NCBI RefSeq assembly: GCF_021028975.2
Contig: NC_059433.1
Coordinates: 32,798,001 to 32,862,000, forward strand
Direction of reading: 5' to 3'
Length of the DNA stretch: 64,000 bases
Origin: Sphaerodactylus townsendi
Taxonomy: Eukaryota
This document shows, in pieces, positions 23,929 through 35,056 of this stretch. The position numbers were made by a program, and so were the translations under genes. The notes beneath the pieces were generated by a model. That model worked only from the letters and a program-made list of their open reading frames with translations, was not told the DNA's origin and searched no databases. Within the stretch, counting starts at the first letter, position 1. Every line of letters starts with the position of its first letter.

Positions 23929-26081
23929 AATAGAAAGAAATACGCTTGTAACATTAAAGCACAACATTTCTTGAAGGCATGCAAAGCTTACTGTATACCT
24001 TTCTAATAGATTCAACAACAATATCATTATTCCATGCATTTCCAGCTCTGCATATACACCCTGCCCCATGTCTCCACATTCACAGAAGGATAAAGGTTTT
24101 ATTTAAGGGTGTTTTCCTTTTTCACTGTATGCATAACTGCACTTCCTCACATCCATTCTTTGCATGTTCTCGTTTCCTCTCCGTCAATATCTGGTCAGTA
24201 AATTTTTCCAGGACAGGAGTTTCTGGCTTATGTAACTTTACAAAATATTAAAAACAGGGAGGGTATTGCAAAAATAATCACAATAATGAATAATAAGTTG
24301 GTATTGTTATTTCTCTTGAGCCATATATTTACCTATCTTAAACTTGTAAATATATACTTGTAAATATATACATGGAGTACGACACTGCTCTGACAAACGT
24401 GGAAAAAGTCAACAATCTTATTAGTGAGTTTTTCACACCTCTTTGGGACCCCCTGCTGCTGCTAGTGACCAGGGTGGGCTGCAGACACTGCCTCTAAAGC
24501 CCATCTTGGACTCTCAGTTCAAGCATGGATAGGAGATTTGCACTCATTCATGTTGTTGCCGTTGTGTTCCTAAACTTTGCCAGGGTAGCATGAAAAAATG
24601 GTCCCTGAGGCAGCCACAAGGTTTGAACTGGCTCTGCTAGAAGCTGCCCCACTAATACAGGAAGTAAGTGATCTTCCCCTTATTGCTAGAGTCCTTCGTT
24701 TTTGATCCCAGGCACATAACACCCTTGAGATAATCCATATTCATAGCTTCTTTATCTTATCTCAGCTCAAAGTATTCTGTACAGTGGGAAAAGGAACAGC
24801 CAGTGTGTTAAGATGGACAAAATGTGTGTTTATATCCAACAGAATCCCACTGTATCCTTCCTTAGGACACAGAAACAATTCTTGCATTGAGAAACTTATA
24901 GTTCCATGTTTGAAAATCTGAACTCCAAGAAAGCTGAATCAGGATGATTTCTCTATACAGGATTGTCTCTCTCCTTTCTCTTTGAAAGCCAGTTCCAATT
25001 GTTTGTATAGGCTTATGGCTGTAACTACTTCTGTTTAAAAAACTAATTGTCAGTGCAGAGTAATTTGGAAGAAAAGTGGTGTGCCTGGCATTCTCATTTA
25101 CATGACAATACCCACAATGCTCTTGCAGCTTCACAGCTTTTTAATGGAAATGCTTATGATGTGCTTAAGCATTTGGAATAAACAGGTATGTGCCTCTGCT
25201 TTGTATGTGCCTTAAATTCCATTCCACAATGTAAATTTAATAGCAGAAATTTTTTAAAAGAATACAAAACATAAATATAGCCTGGCCAAGGTGCCAGGTC
25301 TGCAGTTAATGGCAGTCCAACCAGTGACTGGTGGGGTGGCAAATATCTAACAGCCATTGATTAACTGATCAGCAGGTTCCCCTGTGAATATTTTCTAAGT
25401 GCTGACATTAGTCAACTCCAGCTCTGTCAAGAGAGCTGTCACAATACATTAACTATCAATTAGGAAAATGAAACAATTAACTTCTAACATGCTGAACGGA
25501 ATGAGTGAGAAAACAGTTGAACAAATCTGACTTTATTCATTCCTCTCTGTCTCTGTCTCTGCACTTCGTGCATAAAATAAATGCAATACATTCATTTCAT
25601 TAGCACAGAATATCTCAGTCTGCTCTATTGTGTGGATTTCACTGTTGAGAGGCTGTAACACTAATTGTCAGTTCCCACTGATCAAAGTAATTTGGTTGAA
25701 TAATTGGTTTACATACTATATTTTATTTTCCTCACTTAAAAAAAAGAAGTGTTGTAACAAAAGATCATCTGAAGAGGAGGAAGTATTCTCATGATCACCC
25801 CAATTTGGAGTCATTGTAGCAGGGAATAAATGTATTATCAGCAAATAAACAGCAAAAGGAAGCCCTGTTTTCTGAGTGGAAGAGATGCATCCCCAGTTCA
25901 AACTTTATGTTAGTAGGTGGCCAGGGAAACGCTGAGGGGTTATTATGTTACTGTTCAAATGTTACTGTTTTTATTTTGGCATTCAAATCTAGTATAGCTA
26001 ATCAGTTAACTAATGATCTTTTATGTGAATTCTTCTAATATTACATTTACTAAATCATGTTAAAACAACTGATCTCTCATA

Positions 26082-26474
26082 GGCTGTTTCTGCACGGGTC
26101 GAAATCACCGATTTTGGCCCAGTAAAACACCGTTTTGGAAGGGGGGAGCCTTTGCACAGGTGCCGCCGCCAAATCAATGCAGAATTGCCCCCCATGGCAT
26201 TTTTGAACAAATTTTCAAAATCTGTTTTCCCGCACCAGTCCTGGACTCCTTCTACCTCCTGCCACCTTCCATCACTTAGTGGAGGCCAGGGGACATGCCT
26301 CCTGGCCTCCAACCCCAGAGGCTGTGGGGGCATGTCCCCTGGCCTCCACAAAGTGATGGAAGGCGGCAGGAGGTAGGAGGTGTCTGGGAGCAGCGGAGCT
26401 CATGCGAAGGCTGTGCCGCATCGGCATGAACTATGCTGATGCACCCCCACTCAGCTGGCCGTGCGGAAATGGCC
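26082..26474. mobile_element. PIF/Harbinger non-autonomous element
   Basis: TIRs ggctgtttctgcacgg / ccgtgcggaaatggcc, the same TIR as 17771-18270. Degenerate 3-bp TSD ata/gta. Confidence 0.75.
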
Positions 26475-26719
26475 GTATTTAGGAAACTTACAACTAGTTT
26501 GCTGCTTCACTCCCCAATTATTTTATTCTGTATGAATACCCACCAAGTTGACACCAACCAAGAATATTGACCAGTATGATACTATTTTAGAGTCACCAGA
26601 ATCCTCATTTTTAATTCTACTGTTATTGATATAGGTTCTTGATTCAGCTAAAGATTTTAAGATTCCAAAGAGTGGAAGTTGTAGCTAACCATATTTCTCA
26701 GTCACTGCAGCTGTGCAAT

Positions 26720-27014
26720 TGTAAAGGATTCAATTGTGTTGATGAGAAGGGCAGCCGCCTGGCCTTGAGTACATTCCACAGCCCGGGCGATGGGCCAGCT
26801 TCTCCGGCGGAGACCTTATCTCTGCGAGGGAGATGAGACCTCCGTTCCCATGGGAATCCGGGAGGGGGGATGGGATGGACGGAGTTATAACCTGTGTTTC
26901 TGGCGGGAGATCTTATTCCTGCCACTGCGTGTACTTGAGCTTTCTAAGATGTCTGAATAAACGGTCTTTTACACCAAAGAGCCTTTTATTTCTGCTTCTA
27001 TGGAATTCCTTACA
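26720..27014 (+). repeat. 5' LTR (295 bp)
   Basis: tgtaaagga...ttccttaca. TATA-like ttataa at 26885-26890 and AATAAA at 26956-26961. Confidence 0.95.
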
Positions 27015-27016
27015 TT

Positions 27017-27027
27017 GTGGCAGGAAT
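27017..27027 (+). promoter_or_regulatory. Self-priming primer-binding site
   Basis: gtggcaggaat is the exact reverse complement of LTR 26915-26925 (attcctgccac). Confidence 0.75.
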
Positions 27028-27074
27028 CCTAAATCATCTATATTCCTAGTGCAGTGGACCTCTGGTGCCTCGGC

Positions 27075-29204
27075 ATGGAGAGGTTGGATGTTTCTGGGGA
27101 AGGTGCGGTAGCCCCCAAAGAGGGCTCCGACCTGTCCCTTCTGGATCTGGAGGAACCGGCGGGAGAACGGGTCTCGCTGGTGACTCTTTCCCCCCCTCGA
27201 TATCAGCACGAAGTCTTCCTTTACCCGTTGGAGCGAGGGGCGTGAAGACTCCACCATGGGGACTTACATGAGTGCGTTTGGGCGCTGTCTATGGATGCGA
27301 GCCTGTGGATCGGATATCTACCCGCTGCATGGGATTACAAACCTCAGATGCAACCTGTCACGAGGAGGCGGGCCTGACCACCTTTCATGCGGCAACCCAG
27401 GAGTCCATTGAGCGATTCCTGGACTCGTATTTTGGTGATGCTCTAAAGAACCACCGTGGCACAGCACTGGGGCCGATCCGAAGACCACCCGGTGACACTG
27501 GGACTATACCAGGGATTGGAGGGGTATCCGTACCGATCTTCCATCGGACCCCTGATCCCGGACCAGCGCTGCACCTGAGATACCCCGTGGAGCCACCGGT
27601 GGCACGATGCTCACCGTCCCAGACGGCGAGGAGTCCGGAGAAAGCCTGCACTTCCCAGCGGATCTGTTCCCTCTCCCATCGAAAGAGAGCTGGGATGAGG
27701 AAGTGGGCCGACTGCGAGATGCCCAAGAAGCATGGAGCCCGTGAGCGCCAGCTATGGGAAGAGGAACGGGAACAGCTGCAGCAAGAGCGTGAAACCTGCA
27801 GAGACCGGGAGCAGCGAAGCGCCAAAGAAATCCAGCTTCGAATTGGACCGTGCCAAGGATGCGCTCCAGCGGCAATATCGCGCAGAATCTATCAGTCCAT
27901 GATAAAGTCCTGGAACACTCCAAACTGAACTTACAGCGTCAACGCGTGAGAGTGTTCAGGCCTTGGCGCACTCAAAGTGAACTTACTGCAGCTGTTCAGC
28001 GAGGACGAACTGGCTAAGTGGAACGAGAAAGCAGCTTTGCATGCGCACCAGGATGCATTGACTTCGCGCCAAGGAGAGAGGCTGGCTGACTTGGAGAGGG
28101 AACTGAGGAAGCAGCAGACCAGGGCAACCCCAAGTTGGAGTTTACGCTGTCACTGGTAACAGCCGGCGCCGAGGCGGCGCTGCTGGGTCCAACCACCTTC
28201 CGCTGACCGGCTCCCACCGGAACACCAGCGGCACCGGGCTGATACCTCCACCGATTCCGGCCCCCCTGCGCCCAACCGCTGCCTCAGCCCGCTCAACCTG
28301 CGCGCAACCGCGCCGCCCCTCTTGGTACGCCAAGAGCCGTGGAAAGGGGTTACTACAGACCTCCAATACCTGCCCGTTTCGATGGGACCGCTTCCAAACT
28401 TCCCTACTTCATCCTGCAACTTCGATGCCCACATGGAGGGACTATGATGATTTATACCCGGTCTGAGCGAAAAAATCGGGGACATCGGCTCAGTCCTGGA
28501 TGGGGCAGCAGCCCGACTGGTTTGTGACTCTTTTGAACCTGCAAGATGAAGATTCTCGCGACGGTGCCCGTGAGATTCCTCCAAGCCTTGAGGGCTCGCT
28601 TCCAAGATCCAGGTCGCGGAAAATGAAGCTATCCGCACCATCAAAACTATTCAGCAAGGCAACCGCCGCTTGCAGAATTTGCCCGTGAATCGCCAGGCGG
28701 GCGGCTGCTGGAGCTCCCTCCTCGAGTGGCCTGAGCGCATGAAATGCCGCACTTCTCGGATGCTGTCGCATCGGCAAGCTCGCGTGAAACAGTGTTTTAA
28801 TTCGGGTCCCCGCACTATTGCTGATTGGATTGCATTGGGATCCCAGAAGTGGCGTCTCGGCTGAGATGCGGCTTCGTGCGGAGGCCGCCCACGCGCCGAA
28901 GCCGACCACTGGTCCACCAAGCCAAGCCCAGCCGCCCCTACCGAGACCACCTCCGAGCGCCGTCGCCGGCTGGGATTGTGTCTTTACTCGCGGAGGTCCC
29001 GGTCACCCTAGCCGCCAACTGCCGAAAAAACAGAAGCCAACCACTCGCGACGCGCACCCCATCTGCCAAGCCCACTGCGCCAAATCTGGAGCCGCCCCAG
29101 CGGGCTCATCTAAAGCAGTCATCGAGGCGACCCGGGAGGAGGGGACGCAGCAGTTTGCCTTTCTTCAGCCCCAATGGACATGGGTTCGACTCCAGGCGCT
29201 GTGA
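27075..29204 (+). pseudogene. Gag (frameshifted): long N-terminal/coiled-coil region, capsid, CCHC zinc knuckle
   Basis: ATG at 27075. E/R/Q-rich coiled coil RERQLWEEEREQLQQERE. PARFDGTASKLPYFILQL is a PEG10/RTL-like capsid start. CLYCGGPGHLAANC is recoverable at about 28978-29022 after removing two single-base insertions. Confidence 0.75.
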
Positions 29205-32200
29205 GTGAAGGCAGCTCCCATATTACAATCCAAGCGTTTCTGGCCAACCCCGCTAAGCATACTGCATTATTATAGCCTCAGCCCTTGTGGATTCTGGCTG
29301 CTCCCATTGTTTAATGCGGCCCCAGGTGGCCGGGAGGAGCTGGTCTAGACCAAATCCCCTGGCTAAGCCCATACCCTTTCACCCAAATGGACGGCAGTCC
29401 TCTCGAGCGAAGGACCGGCCCAGTTCAAACCGCAACCGTTCTCCTCATGCGCCCGACCATTGGGAGAAAATTAGTTTTATTCTGGCGTAGTGGCCAAACA
29501 CTCCATAGTTCTGGGCATGCCATGGTTGTTGTTACATGAACCAAAATTCGCTTTGGAAAGAAAGGATCTTGGAATTCACTGACCCTCCCTGCGGGGAACA
29601 CATGAATTGGGAAACTTCGACTCCTCCTGACAGACACCCCTGGCTTCATCAGCGATTGCTCCGATTCTACCGGGCATCCCAATCGGTACCAAGATCTAGC
29701 CAGGGTATTTCAGGAGCAAGAATGCGCATCAGTTGCCACCCCATAGAGACACTGACTGCAAAATCGTAATACAGCCAGAGGCAACTGCCCAAAGGTAGAA
29801 TCTACCGTATGAGTCCCAATGAGGAGAAGGAACTTCGTGCCTTCTTAGACAAGAACCATTTCGGCCATGGGTTCATAATGGGCGGGCTACCAAACACACA
29901 CATGCTGCTCCTGTTTTGTTTGTAAAAGAAAAGATGGGTCTTTACGGCTCTGCACAGATTACCGAGGTCTCAATGCAGTCTCCCTGTCCAATAAATACCC
30001 TTTGCCTTTGATCAAGGACCTTTTAGACGCATTGGGCAAAGGACGCATCTTTACTAAGTTGGATTTGAGAGAAGCTTACTACAGGGTCAGAATTGCTGAA
30101 GGCTATGAACACTTGACTGCATTTAACACAAAGTTTGGACAGTTTGAATACTTAATAATGCCATTCAAGTTAAGTGGGCTCCCCGAGGCTTTTGTATGGC
30201 CCTTATCAACGAAGTTCTCCATGATTTATTGTACAAGGGGGTAGTGGTATACTTAGATGGCGTTTTAATTTATTCACAAACCATGGAAGAGCATGAAGCA
30301 TTGGTTCGGAAGTATTGAAGCAGCTTTGCTCAACAACTCCCTCTTTGCCAAACTTTCCAAGTGCTGTTTCCACTCCAAACCTCTATTGACTATTTGGGTT
30401 GCGAATCTCATCAGGGCCTACAAATGGATCCTGCTAAGATTGATCGCGGTCCTCCAATGGTCGGCCCCCACCAACCGAAAAGAACTCCAATCTTTTCTAG
30501 GTTTTGCTAATTTCTATCGTGACTTTATACCCCAATTCGCTGAGCTGACTCTCCTCTCACAGACCTTCTGCGCACTAAGGGTAAAGATCCACTGTCCGCC
30601 AAGCCGGGGCCCCCTTTCCTGGTCTGAGGAGTGTCAAACAGCCTTTCAGCTCTTAAAGTCTGCTTTTACCACCGAACCTATCCTAAAGCACCCTGACCCA
30701 GATCTCCCATTTGTGGTTCACGTGGATGCCTCGGACAAAGCGCTTGGGCAGCAGCCTTGTTGCAGAAAAAATAAAGATGATAGGCTGGTTCCGTGTGCTT
30801 ATTTATCAAAGAAATTCTCGGTGCTGAACTCAACTGGACTGTGGGGATAAAGAGACTGCGGCCATTAAAGTAGCCCTCTCCACCTGGCCACTGGCTGGAG
30901 GGGCTAAACACCCTTCAAGTTTGGTCGGATCACAAGAACTTGGCACTCTCTCCACCCCTCAAGATGTCCATAGCAACCGTTGGGCGATTTCTTTTCTCGT
31001 TTCTCTTTCACGGTCCATTTTTCCCCCGAAAAACCAATAAACTGGCTGATGCTACTCGCCTACCCGGGAGGGTGGAGCCCGGCCACGGACATTCCACGCA
31101 CTGTTCCCTCTCCCTCCCACTGGCTGGCTGGCTGTCACCCGATCTCAGACATCCACTCCTCCTTCTCCACCCATTCCCAGCCTGGTCTCTCCTTTCCCTC
31201 ACGGAGACTTGAGGAGGCCCGGGCGCATCAGCCTCGGCGCGAGGGAAGGCGACTCCCAGATGCGTTTGGAGAACGGCATGCTATGGGGATTGTTGGTATG
31301 TGCCTCCTCCCTCCGCAAGCAGGTTCTCGAGGCTTGCCCGCGATGCCCCTTCGGCTGGACATTTTGGCTTTCTAAAAACTCTGCATTTGGCCGCCGTCAA
31401 TTCTGGTGGCCTAGCGATCGCGCCAAGGACATTGGGCGTATATTAAAGGTTGCTCTGTTTGTGCAGAAGCCAAGACCGTTCAGGGGAAAGCCCCATGGTC
31501 TGTTGAAACCTCTCCCGTGGCCTCCCGCCCTGGGAAGTCATCTCCATGGATTTTATTACAGATTTGCCAGAAAGTCATGGCAACAACGGTCTTGTGGGTG
31601 GTGGTGGACTTATTTTCTAAACAAGCCCATTTTATTCCATGTGCTTCCATACCCTCCGCCTCCTAAGTTGGCTTCGTCTGTTCATTCAGCATGTTTACCG
31701 TCTACACTCCGCCCCGTTAAAAGGTGGTCTCCGAATCCCATGACCCCCAATTCATTTCAAAGTTCTGGAAAGCTTTTCTAGGGTTGTTAGGGGCCGCCCG
31801 GCGGTTGCCGCCCTACCACGTTCAAAGTGACGGTGAGTCGGAGAGAGCGAACAGAACCCTAGAGCAGTATTTACGCTTGTTACACCAACTACCACTCAAG
31901 ACAATTGGTGCGAGCTCATTCCGTTCGCGAATGCACGCCTATAACAATGCGGTTCACAGTAGTACAAAAAACCCCCCCCTTTGAAATAGTGTCTGGTGGC
32001 TCCTTCCCACCGCTGTCAGAACTACCATGGAAGCATTGGATCCTCCAGAGTTTCAACAATGGATTTCATCCCTAGCCGAGGGGTGGAAATGCGGTCCAGA
32101 CTGCCTTACAACAGGCTAAAGAACTCCCAAAAGCTGCAAGCGGATAAGCACCGGATTTCCCTCTGCGTGTTGAGGCTTGGGTGTATTTGTCTACCAAAAA

Positions 32201-32590
32201 ATCTCAGAGACGTGCATAAATTTTCCAAACTAGGCAAAGATTAGGTGGGACCTTTTCAGATTACTAAAGTGATTAATGATGTCACTGCCCGATTGGATTT
32301 GCCTAACTCTCTTAGTAACATTCATCCTGTCTTCCATTCCAGTTTACTCAAGGAGGCTCCCGTTTCCGATGCCTGGCACGACTCGGCTGAGAGACCCCAC
32401 CGACTATTATTGATGGCCACAAGCATTACGAAATTGACGCCATCCTGGACTCTCGCTTGAATCGCAAAGGCTTGCAATATTTAGTCTCTTGGGTGGGATA
32501 TTCCTCTGGGTATAATCAATGGGTTTTATTCCGAAATATTGGCGCCCCGCCCTTATTTCTGCTTTCCGCAGCGCCTCCGCACAAACCTGG
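29205..32590 (+). pseudogene. Pol (frameshifted): protease, RT, RNase H, integrase, chromodomain
   Basis: Protease ALVDSGCS (29281). [28 protein letters not shown] and VVVYLDG. RNase H FVVHVDASD. Integrase FWWP, MDFITDLP and SDGESERANRTLEQYLR. GPF motif. Chromodomain [22 protein letters not shown]...NQWV (about 32425-32525). Confidence 0.92.
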
Positions 32591-32618
32591 GGAGGGGTCT
32601 TCTTTACGGGAGGCAGAG

Positions 32619-32912
32619 TGTAAAGGATGCGATGGTGTTGATGAGGAGGGCAGCCGCCTGGCCTTGGGGACATTCAACAGCCCGGCGATGGGCCAGCTTC
32701 TCCGGCGGAGACCTTATCTCTGCGAGGGAGATGAGACCTCCGTTCCCATGGGAATCCGGGAGGGGGGATGGGATGGACGGAGTTATAACCTGTGTTTCTG
32801 GCGGGAGATCTTATTCCTGCCACTGCGTGTACTTGAGCTTTCTAAGATGTCTGAATAAACGGTCTTTTACACCAAAGAGCCTTTTATTTCTGCTTCTATG
32901 GAATTCCTTACA
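32619..32912 (+). repeat. 3' LTR (294 bp)
   Basis: Identical to the 5' LTR except for 7 substitutions and 1 indel in the first about 70 bp. Confidence 0.95.
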
Positions 32913-33179
32913 GCAATGAATGTTATACTTCAAAGGTATTTAACAGTGCCACCCCAAGAAGGCTTCCTGGGAGTAATTCAGTGGAACAGAGGCTTTCTCC
33001 ACATGCAGAGCTTATCACATATTCCCCAGTGGTCAAATCTTGTGTGTTGAAAACTTTTTTGGTAAAATCATGCCACACACCTCCATTGCTCGCCCCTTGT
33101 CTTTTCAATGGCATTTATTCCACTCTACTGATGAAAACATATTATTCCTATTGGTGGTGGTATGACATTTGTGACACAG

Positions 33180-33710
33180 AAGAACAACCCTCCCCCTCAG
33201 TTATTTTCTCCTCCTCCATTTTTGAAAGAATCCCCCTCCCCATTGCATTAGCAACATAATGTAAAGGCACAGACACAAGCCAGGTCAATTGTATCATAGT
33301 TGTCAATTTTATCCAGAGTAAGTGATGCCACATTAAGACAAAGATAAATTGTACCAGCTGTTAGGAGTGAGTGAAATTGACAAGGGAAGTTGCTTTTACA
33401 GGAGGAAAATGACAAGGGATTGCTGCAGTAAAGCACAATTGTTACTGCAGCAGTTCCTTGTCCATTTCCTCTACAAAAGCAACTTCCCTTGACAATTTCA
33501 CATACACCTAACTGTGGACATATTATATCTTCACTTTAATGTGACATCAGTCATTTGGGATGAAATTGACAAAGCTGATACAATTGATTTGGGTTGTGTC
33601 TGTGCCCTTACGTTCTATTGCTACTGTGATCAAAAAATAACATTAAAAATCCTTTTGAAAATGGAGAACAAGGGAGAGGAGAAAATGGTTGAAGGGGAGG
33701 TTGGGTGGCT
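33180..33710. repeat. Long imperfect inverted repeat (hairpin), probably an old MITE
   Basis: Centre tgctgcagtaa-N10-ttactgcagca (33421-33452). Arms remain complementary outward for about 250 bp. Confidence 0.85.
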
Positions 33711-34354
33711 ATATGGGGGCATGGATAAGGACCAGGTTTTGGTGAGGCAGAGAAATAAAAACCATTTCAAAGGAAGCTGATTCAGAGATGGATTGAAAAA
33801 CAATCACCAGAAAAGTGCTCAGGAAAACACTGGAGAAAAAAAATGAAGGAAATACATTTCTAGAACTAAATAGAGGGAAAAGCATGCAGAATTAAAATGT
33901 AAAAATGCAGCATTTGGCAGTAAGATAGATTGTAAACAACTTGTATGGAAAAGGCCAAAGGTGTATAGAAGCCTGAGTAGGTCTGTTAAGATTGCTCTCT
34001 AAATTACTTAACATTTAAAAATTACTATTTGTTAGGTGGAGTCAGGTTCCCATCAGAAATGGCCATGGTCATCATGCCATGTATGTCATCACAACATTAC
34101 AAAATAAAATGTTAAATACTTAAATAACTAAAGTTTATGACTAGTAATTATGTCTTCGTAGGCTTCAGCTGTCACTAATAGACATACAAAATGCTGGTGC
34201 AATGTTCTGTGTTATTTTCAATATTATTTTAGTATTATTTTATTATGTTACTTTTATACTCTGGTCATGAATCATATAAATAAACATGAAACATATGAAA
34301 TGACACCACAACAAAAATATATTATATTGTCCTAGGAATATTTCAGCAGTATCT

Positions 34355-34642
34355 GCCAGCGTGGTATAGTGGTTAAGAGCAGGTGCACTCTCATCTGGAG
34401 AACCAAGTTTGATTCCATACTCTGCCACTTGAGCTGTGGAGGTTTATCTGGTGAGCCAGATGGGACTCCAACACATGCCAGCTGGGTGACCTTGGGCTAG
34501 TCTCAGTTCTTTGGAGCTCTCTCAGCCCAACCACCTCACTGGGTATTTGTTGTAGGGCGGGCAAAGGGAAAGAAGATTGTAAGCCCCTTTGAGTCTTCTT
34601 ATAGGAGAGAAAGGGGAGATATAAATCCAAATCCAAACTCTT
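34355..34642 (+). mobile_element. Squam3-like SINE
   Basis: tRNA head gccagcgtggtatagtggttaagagc, core gggtgaccttgggctagt, tail gatataaatccaaa..ctctt. Confidence 0.88.
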
Positions 34643-35056
34643 AACCATGGCCTTCTCCCACTTTAGCATAGTCGTAGCAATCTTTTCACAGCTCAGTAAG
34701 AGCAAAAATCATCAGATGGGCAGGTCAGCAGGGTTCATACAGTGCTACAGCTGGAGGAAAGGATGCCTCTGCAAGAAGCCAACCCTGCATATCTATCCTC
34801 TCCACCTGACACAAAGTTACTTTGTCTTCTCATTTCCCCCCTTATTGTAAATAGTATGTATACTGTTCAACTTCACAAAAACCTCTGAAGAAATGTCAGT
34901 CTATTAACCATATGGAGATGTAGTTAAAGAGTTTCTTTCATAACTAGGTACAGACCTAGAGTAAGGAAGTTTTTAATGATGTACATATTTATATAGAAAA
35001 GTTGAGCTCCTACAACTAACTGCAATCCACAAGGGCCAAGCAGAAGCAGTTTCTCG

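Larger units (their letters stand above)
26720..32912 (+). mobile_element. Full-length Ty3/Gypsy chromovirus (sushi-like) LTR retrotransposon
   Basis: Two LTRs (TG...CA) with a 5-bp TSD gcaat (26715-26719, 32913-32917). Domain order gag-PR-RT-RH-IN-chromodomain. PPT gggaggcagag at 32608-32618. Confidence 0.97.

Noticed and set aside
27385-28909. Minus-strand ORFs inside the LTR element as an antisense gene
   Set aside because: Expected shadow ORFs in GC-rich gag sequence; no recognisable domain.
32457-32919. ORFs at the 3' end of the element as an env gene
   Set aside because: They are the chromodomain end plus read-through into the 3' LTR; there is no room for env and no signal or TM features.
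34355-34430. tRNA genes (also 9762, 19158, 52664)
   Set aside because: tRNA-derived SINE heads continuing into SINE bodies; no complete cloverleaf.
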